This document shows positions 53,172-61,800 of a stretch of 64,000 nucleotides of DNA, one piece after another. The notes beneath the pieces are model-generated. The model saw only the letters and a list, made by a program, of their open reading frames with translations. It had not been told where the DNA came from and did no database searches. The stretch is from positions 4,463-68,462 of the IMG/VR virus record IMGVR_UViG_3300047160_002318. The stretch is one strand, 5' to 3'. The stretch comes from a virus (taxonomy: Duplodnaviria; Caudoviricetes). Every line of letters begins with the position of its first letter. Within the stretch, counting starts at the first letter, position 1. The translations under genes were made by a program, and so were the position numbers.

Positions 53172-53819
53172 CTAGAAGATGAAGGCGTTGACACCAGTGG
53201 CCGCGCTGAGCGGTGCACCCGGCTGGCCGTCCATGGGGCCACCGGGGAACGGGGCAGTCGCGCCGATGGACCCGCCGAACGGGGTGACCCTGGCAGCCAG
53301 CGCGGTCACGGTCGCGGCAGCCACGCCGCCGGCCGTGCCTGCCACCGTGGCCCCGGTGTCCGTGCCGGACACCAGGTTGGCGTTCAGAATCCCCCGGTAG
53401 ACCAGGTTGCCCAGCTGGCCTGCGGCAGCCTTCCCAGACGGGCTGGGCGGGAACGCCGCCACGTGCCCGGCGACCAGGGAGGTGCCGAACGCGGTGTTGT
53501 ACGCAGCGATGGTGTACCCGATGCCACCCGTGTCGCGGGCGTCGCGGAGCACGCCGAGCGCTACGTTCCGCCCGTCCGTCGCCGTCCCATCGTAGGCGTA
53601 GTACAGGCCGGTGGCCGTGACCTTGCCCAGGATGCAGCCGGTGGGCAGTGCCCCCTGGCCGGGCGCGAGCATGACGCCGCGCTGGGTGTACCCGGCCATG
53701 GACAGCATGAGTTCGGCAACCGCCTCGGCGTGGAACTCATCACCGAACGGCTGGCCGTACTCATGAGTCGGCTTGACATAGCCGGGCGGTACGTCGAACT
53801 CAAAAGAATCCGCTGGCAT
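53172..53819 (-). CDS. head decoration protein
   Basis: GVMLAPGQGALPTGCILG...YDGTATDGRNVALGVL; position before capsid. Confidence 0.75.
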   Translation of the reverse strand: MPADSFEFDVPPGYVKPTHEYGQPFGDEFHAEAVAELMLSMAGYTQRGVMLAPGQGALPTGCILGKVTATGLYYAYDGTATDGRNVALGVLRDARDTGGIGYTIAAYNTAFGTSLVAGHVAAFPPSPSGKAAAGQLGNLVYRGILNANLVSGTDTGATVAGTAGGVAAATVTALAARVTPFGGSIGATAPFPGGPMDGQPGAPLSAATGVNAFIF

Positions 53820-53850
53820 GGCCTGCTGCTCCTTCTACGCTCCGGGCCTG

Positions 53851-54900
53851 TTACTTGTCCTTGGAGAACAGCTGCTGATGCTGGTTGGTCAGCCGCATGA
53901 TTTCCTCGTCCACGTTCTCGTGCTGCTTCTGCTCGCCGTCTGGCGGGGCCTGGCCGACCTGGTTGTTGAGCTTGACGTACGGCTCCTTCTCCGGGGCCAG
54001 GAAGTCCTCGACGCCACGGCCCAGGAGGATTTCCTCGATGGCCCGGTTGCGGCTCTTAGGCAGCAGGCGGCCGACCTTGATGTACCCGTCGACCTCGCCC
54101 TCGGCGGCCTTGCGGGTCAGCGTGGCTACCTGATCGGTGAGCACCTCGTTCTTGCCCGCCAGCTCGACAATCGCGCCGACCACGTCGCCGGACTCCAGCT
54201 GGCCGTCGCTGAGCTTGACGCCAGCGCCGGAATCCTTCAGCGCGTCCATGATGGCTGAGGTCAGCTGGGTCGTGTCCGGTGCGGCCTCGGCCTGCGCCTG
54301 AAGGGCTGCCACGTCGATGCCGTGCTCGGCCTTCAGCTGCTCCAGCAGCTCTTCCTTGGTCACTGCCGTCTCCTGTCCCAGCACGATGATGTCCTCTGTC
54401 TCATCGGCTGTGGCCTCGATGACCTCCTGGTAGTCCTCCAGGCCGGTGATGTAGGGCCGGTTGGTGACGCAGACGTGCAGCAGGGCAGGCCCCACCCGCT
54501 CCTGGGTGGAGGTGTCCTTGTAATTCATGTGCAGGAACGCGCTGGACCCCAGGTAGGTGGTGCCGAACTTGTCGGCGTCCTGGCGCGCGTCGATGATGGC
54601 GTAGACCTTGTTGCCGTCCCGCTCTACGTCCACGACCTCACCGAGATTGCGGGACGGGTCCTCGCTGTGCCGGTTGTTCGCGTCGGCCAGCGGGACCTGG
54701 ACGATGTCGGCCACGCCCGTGTTGAAGTTGTGCTTGAGCCTGGAGTACCAGTTCTCGTCCAGGTCGAAGACCTGGCCCTCGTACTGGAGCTGGCCCAGGT
54801 TCAGGATGTGCTTCTTGAAGAGCCGGCCCTGGCGGCTGCGGCTGAGCGGGACATAGCCCTCGGCGTTGCGCGGCGAGGGGATGATGCACAGGTCTCCCAT
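53851..54900 (-). CDS. Mu gpI-type prohead protease/scaffold
   Basis: GPALLHVCVTNRPYI motif plus helical C-terminal scaffold; ATG 13 nt after CGATT. Confidence 0.8.
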   Translation of the reverse strand: MGDLCIIPSPRNAEGYVPLSRSRQGRLFKKHILNLGQLQYEGQVFDLDENWYSRLKHNFNTGVADIVQVPLADANNRHSEDPSRNLGEVVDVERDGNKVYAIIDARQDADKFGTTYLGSSAFLHMNYKDTSTQERVGPALLHVCVTNRPYITGLEDYQEVIEATADETEDIIVLGQETAVTKEELLEQLKAEHGIDVAALQAQAEAAPDTTQLTSAIMDALKDSGAGVKLSDGQLESGDVVGAIVELAGKNEVLTDQVATLTRKAAEGEVDGYIKVGRLLPKSRNRAIEEILLGRGVEDFLAPEKEPYVKLNNQVGQAPPDGEQKQHENVDEEIMRLTNQHQQLFSKDK

Positions 54901-54923
54901 GCAGGGAGAATCGGATACTCCTA

Positions 54924-55076
54924 CTAATAGAGCGCGGCAGCCGGGACGGGCGTGAGCAGGCTGGAGGCGAAGTCCTCGAAGATCACGCGCTCTCCCTGGA
55001 GCCTAACTAGGCCGACCACCATGGTGTCCCCGGCTGACCTGTAACCGGCTGTGAAGCTGTTGCCGTTGCTGAACAC
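54924..55076 (-). CDS. 50-aa hypothetical protein
   Basis: GTG start with AAAGGA SD; VFSNGNSFTAGY... Confidence 0.45.
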   Translation of the reverse strand: MFSNGNSFTAGYRSAGDTMVVGLVRLQGERVIFEDFASSLLTPVPAAALY

Positions 55077-55139
55077 TGTAAGTCATCCTTTCGTACCCAG
55101 GTGTCAGCAAGACAATACGGGAATCGTTTAGACGATGCA

Positions 55140-55445
55140 CTACTCGGCGGGGGTCAGCACCTCGGAAGCGGCCTGGTGGCGGGCCACGGACAGCGCGTAC
55201 TTCGCGTCGGACCCGTCAGGAACGTCGACCTCGTACCACCGCCCGGCGTAGGGCGGGAGCTGCTGGAGCAGCTTCACGTGCTGGTTCCAGGTGGTCTTGG
55301 TCCCCCGGCTGCCCATTTGCGCGTAAGCCTGCCTGGTGATGGCCGGATCAGCCGGGATGGCGGCGGAATCAGGGACCTTGCCGGGCTTGGGCGGGAGGAA
55401 CGCGACGGTGGGACCCAGCTTAGATTCGTAGATGAGCGCCTTCAC
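55140..55445 (-). CDS. hypothetical protein
   Basis: GTGA overlap with upstream stop; KALIYESKLGP... Confidence 0.65.
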   Translation of the reverse strand: MKALIYESKLGPTVAFLPPKPGKVPDSAAIPADPAITRQAYAQMGSRGTKTTWNQHVKLLQQLPPYAGRWYEVDVPDGSDAKYALSVARHQAASEVLTPAE

Positions 55446-55852
55446 TTGTCCGGGTCTCCCTTCAGCACGCGGCTGCCGCCGTTGGGTGCGTACGCGACCA
55501 TCTTCTCCCGGTCCCGGGCCATGAGCCGGACGGCCTCCTTGGGCACGGCGGTGCTCCAGACCATGGGCTTGCCGTTGTTGTCGAAGGTGACCCGGACGGC
55601 CCGGTTGGGGGTGCTGTGGACCTGCTCGTAGGACAGCACCCGCCACGGGCCGAAGGACTTCTCGGACCCGGAGAACACCGGGAGCCATACCACCGGGTCC
55701 AGTCCCGCCATCTCCGTCACAGCCACGCGGGCGATGAAGTAGTTGGCGGTGCCGCGCTCGAAGTGGGCGACCAGGCCGTTGGGGAACTCCTTGTCCAGCT
55801 TCTGCTGCCAGCGGGTCACCTGGTCCGGGCCGTGGCCGTTGCTCTCGGTCAT
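55442..55852 (-). CDS. hypothetical protein
   Basis: 136 aa, ATGA overlap with giant protein stop. Confidence 0.7.
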   Translation of the reverse strand: MTESNGHGPDQVTRWQQKLDKEFPNGLVAHFERGTANYFIARVAVTEMAGLDPVVWLPVFSGSEKSFGPWRVLSYEQVHSTPNRAVRVTFDNNGKPMVWSTAVPKEAVRLMARDREKMVAYAPNGGSRVLKGDPDK

Positions 55853-58800
55853 GGCTTCTCCTCGGGCATGTCAAAGCCATCGCCGTCGCCGTCACTGTGC
55901 ACGGAGAGGGTGACCGGGTTCCACGCCGAGCCGGTCCACTGGCTCACCTGGGTCCCGGCAACCCACAGGTCGCCCTGCTTGGGCTCGGACGGCGGGACGG
56001 CTGACTTGGTGACCGTGGTGGAGGGGAAGACCGGGGCCAGGGTGCTGGTCGCAGTCTCCTCGTAAAGCTCGTCGAACTGCTTGTCAGCCAGCTTGTTGAT
56101 GGCGTCCTTAGCCGCCTGGGCTGCCTCGGACATCTTGTCGGTGGCGCTGATGGCCTGGTCCAGCTTGTGCAGCTGCTGCTTCTTGAAGATTTGCTTGGCG
56201 GTCATGCTCTTGACGGCCAGGCTCATGTCCTTGCCCTCGTACGCCTGGCAGAACGGGCAGCTGGACTTGTCATGCTCGGTGTGCTCGTAAGTGCTCTTCC
56301 AGACAGGCGCGGGGTAGTCCTCCACGTTCTTGTAGAGCTTCTGGAACTTGGGCGGGTAGTGGTAGGTGTGGGTGCCGCCCGTGGTGTAGCCCTCGCCGTC
56401 GCTTATGGTCCACTTGGACGGCTGCCACTGCACGACGGGGCCTGTGGCCAGGTGGTCGGCGGTGATGGAATTGGCCGCCATGTTGTACGTGCTGCCCACC
56501 GTGCTGGTGGACGTGCTGACCACCGGGACGTTGAGGGTGACGTACTCGTTGCCGAAGGCGTCGGTGTTCTTGGTGGCGGTGAACGGCGCTCCGCCGGCCT
56601 CGGAGGCAATCTGGCTGGCCTGGCTCTCCAGGTCCATGGCGGCCTGCTGGGCGTGGGCTGCCTTCTCCGCAGGGGTAGCGTCGGCGGGCAGCGGCTCGGT
56701 GCTCCACTCCACGGTGGACGGCACGAACCAGTCCTTGGCCTGCTTGGCCAGCTCGGCCTTGGCCTTGGCCAGCGCGTCGGCCACGCCGTAGTTGGTGACG
56801 ATGCGGTCCTCGACCGGCAGGCCACGGATGGTGGTGATGCCGAAGCTCTTGAGGTCCTTGATGATCTTGGCCCGCTGGGTCTCGCTGGCCGCCTGGAGCA
56901 CCTCGATGTCGTCCAGCAGCGTGACCGCGTCGGGAATCATCATCTCATTCGAGCCGCCCGTGTGCTGGGTGTGCTTGTCGAAGTTCCAGTAGGACTCGTC
57001 GTGCCGCAGCGCCACGTTGCCGTAGTGGTCCTGGTTGAAGCTGTAGCTCTGGAGCTGCGCGGCCACCCGGGGGCTGATCCACACCTGGTAGTCCCCAGAC
57101 CCGCCCTTGCCCAGGTTCTGCCGCAGGAACACGAACCCGGAGCTGCCCTTGATCTTGTCCGACCCCCAGCTCATGCCGGTCTTGTGCGTGCCCAGCGCCC
57201 GGATGCGGCCCTCGGACGAGAACAGGCCGCCGGCCCTGGCCACCAGCACCGCGTCGGTGTTGGGCGAGTACAGGTGGTTGACCAGGAAGTTCTTCTTGGC
57301 CACCTGCTCCGGGGTGACGTCGGGCCGGTACCAGATGGGCTTGCCGCCCGGCACGTTCTGGGAGTGCAGGCTGTAGTGGTTGAAGTGGGGCAGGTAGCTC
57401 TTGTTCTCCACCCACTGCTCGACCTTATCCGCCCCGAGTTCGGTGCCCATGGCCTCGCGCCAGATCAGGTTCTCTTCCTCGGCGGGCAGGTCCATGGCAC
57501 CCAGGTCGTCGACCAGCGAGCCCAGGTGCTTGCCCTTCATCTTCGCCAGCGCGCCCGGCCCGGTGCCGTACACGGCGTTGGCCAGCACCTTCCACATGGC
57601 CCCGTGCGACTTGCGGTCGGCCCGGTCGGCCATGTCGGTGGCGACCAGCCGCCAGTACAGGTTCTCCATGGACGCCTGGGTGGCCTCCTGCATGGGCAGG
57701 CCGGCCTCCTGGAAGAAGGACCGGATGTTCTCCAGCGAGCTGGACCCGTTCTCGGCCACGGCGGTGAACCGGACCCGGCCGTGCTGGGCCTTGGGGGTGT
57801 TGGATTCCTCCTCGTCGCTGATGTCCACGACCTCGCCGGTGGGCAGGGTGACCTGCCAGACGTTGCCCTCCTCGGTGACGGACAGGTCCTTCTTCAGGTG
57901 CAGGTGCCCGGTCTTGGGGTCCAGCGGCCAGCTGTTCTCATTCACGGTGTTGGAGTCCAGGCCCAGGTACCGCTTGACCTGCTTGTACTCCACCTTGATG
58001 CCGCCGGCGGCCTCGAAGACCTGGCCCTTCAGCTCCCACTGCGGGTAGTCGTTGAACCCGAGCGCCGCGCCGCTGACCTTAGTCTGGTTCACCGTGCTGA
58101 TCTGGTCCAGGTACATCTTGGCCATGGAGACCACGGCGTGCGGGTCGCCGTACTTGTCGATGAACTCCTGGTATGCCTTGGACGCCGCGCCCTCTTCCAG
58201 CACCTGCTCGGCCAGCTGGAGCCGCTGCTGGAGGTCCAGCCGGGTGGCCTCCAGCTCCTCGAAGATTTTGCTGGTCTCCGGGCCGCCGAAGTACCCGTAC
58301 TGGCTGCCCGCGTCCGGCCCCCAGTGCCACTCCACCGTCTGCGCGGCCTTGAGGATGGCGATGTGCAGGCTGGCCTCGTCCTTGGGCGCGAGCTTGGACG
58401 AATCCCCGGAGTGCTGCTTGACCCACGCGATGAGGTTCTTCAGCGACTTGCCGCGCATCACGGCCTCGCCGCGTATGTCCAGATGGCCGGCCGGGTTGTA
58501 CTCCTGCCAGGAGTGGATGACGCCGTTGGCCAGGCCGGGCTCGTTGAAGAAGAACCCGACGCCCGCGTTCTTGGCCGCGTCCAGATGCTCCATGCTGTCC
58601 ACTTCCTGGAACCCGGAGTGGATGCCGTGGCTGATGGCGGCCTCGGGCACCTCGGGAGGGGTCCACCCCAGCGCGGAGTAGACCTGATCCCACATGGACT
58701 TGATGTCGTCGGCCAGGGCGTTCTTGCGGGCGGTCAGCGCGGCCACGCCCGCCTGGTCCAGCCCGGTGCCCTCCAGCGCCTGCGCCAGCCGCTTGTCGCT

Positions 58801-61800
58801 CAGCTTGGACATGCGCTGCGCGGTGCGCATGGCGGCGACATACGCCTCGTCGGCGGATGCCTGGCCGATGCCGCCATTCTTCATGGAGTCGAACAGCAGC
58901 GAGACCGGCTGCTTGAACTGGTCATCCAGGTGGGCGAGGTCGGTGCCCTTCCACGCCAGGTCGCTGAACGCGCCGGGCTTGCCGGCGCTGACGATGCCGC
59001 CGTGCTCGCCGCCCAGGATGAGCATGGACGCCGCGCTGGAGGACGGGTTGGCCAGCAGGTAGTCCAGCACGTGCTCGCGGGCGATGTCGGCCAGCTGGCG
59101 GTTCTCCAGCGAGGTCAGGCCACCCGGCAGCGCGTCCAGCGACCCGGTCGGCTTGACCTCGTCGGTGATGATGCCGGGCTTGCCGCTGTCCTCCAGCTTG
59201 GCGTACTCGGCCTTGGGGGTCTTGAAGCCGAACGCGCGGGCCAGGGTGTTGACCGCCACCCGCTTGCCCAGCTCGGCCTTGGACCCGGTGAACCAGAGCT
59301 TCTCCTTGCCGAACTGGTTGACGACATAGCCGGGCTTGCCCTCGACCAGCGCCCACTTCGGGCGCATCTCCTCGTCCTTGGCCTTCTGAAGCTCCGCGTC
59401 CAGCCAGGACTGGATGGTGTTGGTCTTGGAGCTGGACCCGGCGAGCACGTTCTCGGCGCTGGAGTAGCCGTACTGCTCCACCTGCTGCTGCGCGAACGGG
59501 AGCAGGGCGTCGTGGTAGTGCTCCACGAAGTCGTTCTTGGCCTGGACGGACCAGCTGGCGGCGGGCTTGGCGTCCTCCAGGAACACGCTGTAGCTCTTGG
59601 CGGGCTGGAGCGTGTCGTGCCAGACGGGCGGCGCGGTCAGCGGCTTGGAGGTGCCATCCTTGGCCCGCTCGGAGGCGGTTCGGGACAGCTCGTCGACGGC
59701 TTCCTGATCGTGGTTGCGGTGCGCCTTGACCAGGGCGCGGCGCTCCTTGTCGGACAGGAACGCGGCGTGGGCGACGTTGACCTTGATCAGATAGTTGTCT
59801 ACCTCGTCCTTCAGCGGCGTGATGGACAGGTCCGACCAGGTGCCCTCGATGTCCTTGCTAGCCGCGATCTGCCCGGTGTCCCACGGTGCCCAGGTGATGT
59901 GGTGGGTGACGGTGTTGTCCGGCGCTCCGGGGTGGGCCGGGGAGACCTTCCCGCCCTTGGCGTCCAGGTTGAACACCGCCTGCATGTCGCCCTTCTTCCA
60001 GGCGGCAATCCAGGCGAGGCGCTCGCCCTTGGTCAGCCCGGCCGGGTGAGTGCCGACGATCTTCCCGCCGCCGAACTCGGCGCTGATGGCCTTGATGGTG
60101 TCGGCCAGATCGGGCGAGCCCATGAGGACGAGCTTGTTATTGTCCAGCGAGCCGGCGAACTTGGTGGCGTAGCCCTGCTTGACGAACTTGAACACGTCGG
60201 TGGGGCCGTAGATGCCGGGCGGCAGGCCCTTGAGGTACTTGACCTCGGCCGGGGCGACGGCCTTGGACCCGGCCTGCTGCTGCGGGATGTTCAGCAGCTC
60301 GTTGATGAGCCCGATGATGGCGTGCTTCTGCTCTTCGCCGCCGACGCCCGCGCCCTTGTCCTGGACAAAGGACATGACCTTGGACTTGCTGAACTCGGTC
60401 TGCCCGCCGATCCCGTTCCACAGCTCCTTGACCCACCCGTAGGTGTTGGTCTGGAGCTGGTTGCGCAGGGCCTCCAGCTCCATGTACGTCTTGCCGGGGC
60501 TGCCGAACAGGTGGTACTGGGTGGGGATGACGCCGGGCTCGACCACGGACGTGCCGTACTGGTCCAGGACCGCGCCGCCCTCCAGCGAGCTGAACGACCC
60601 GTACAGGGTGCCGTGCTCGCCGCTCACCTTGTCCTGCCAGGACGCTGACCCGTCGCTCTGGATGTTGATGAAGCTGCTGCTGTGCGCGCCCTTGTCGTCC
60701 GACCAGAGCATGTAGCTGCCCGGCTCGGAGGTGGTGGCGTACTTGTTGGCGAAGGTGGCCTTGGGGGCGAACTCCTTGGGCGTCTCGTGGTACTCGGTGT
60801 TCTTCTCCAGCTGGCTGGTGGCCCAGTTCGGGGTCTTGAGCACCAGCTGGCCCTTGGTGTCGTGCCAGACGAACGCCGCGCTCACGCCGGCCTTGCCGTA
60901 CTTGTTCTTGTGGTACTTCCCGTAGGACTTGGCCTCCTTGATTTCCAGGTAGGCCGTGCCCTTGGCGCTGTAGTAGTAGCCGAACTTGTAGACCTTGCCG
61001 TCGTCCATGGTCACGGCGTTGGGGGTCAGCATGCCCTTGACCGCGTCGATGATCTCGGATACCGGGACCTTCTCGCTCAGGCCCTCCTGTAGCTGCGGGT
61101 TCGGCTTGATGTGGTGCTCGACGATGAGCGAGTCGGTGTCGACCTTCCAGTACTCGTTGGCGTTGTGCGGCGGGTAGCCGGTGGCCGACCACTTGCCGCC
61201 GCCGCTCTGGAAGATGTGGTCGCCGTAACCGCCGCCGCCCTTGCCGGTCAGCTTCTCCGCGAAGTAGTGCTTCCAGCTCTTCTGGGCGTCCGCCTTGGAG
61301 ATGGCGGCGGTCTTGGCCCACGCGATGAGTTCCTGCGCGCCCTTGGCGTCGGCAATCTCCTGCGCGGTGGGGCCGGGAATCTCCTTGATGCTGCCCTTCT
61401 CCAGCTGCTTGGCCGCGCCGTAGTAGCTCTTGGACAGGTTGTTGCCGTAGGGGCTCTCCAGCCAGGTGCCGTCCGGCTTGAGCACGTAGTACGGGGTGTA
61501 GCCGTACTCGGGCTTCTCCCCCTTGTAGAACTTGGACCCGGCCGGCACCATGCCCAGGAGCTTGTTGTCCAGGATGGCCGGGATTTCCTCGGGCTTGTCC
61601 GGGGTGACCGCCGCCTGCTCCCCGGTCTTGACCAGCGCGCCGACCTTGACCAGCTCGTCCAGCTGCTTGCCCTCGCTGGTGCCCTGGTCGCCCTTCTGGC
61701 CCTCTACGAAGATGCCCCAGGACCCGTCGCCGTACTTGACGTAGTAGGCCGCCGCGTTAGCCTCCAGCTTGTCCTTGCTGGTGGTGGACCAGTACGGGGT

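Noticed and set aside
56167-60648. 1493-aa plus-strand ORF (and similar long plus-strand ORFs at 24182-26101, 28724-30835, 61111-63168, 35401-37233)
   Set aside because: Antisense shadows of real minus-strand genes caused by high-GC codon bias; Leu/Gly/Val/Arg-rich with no motifs.
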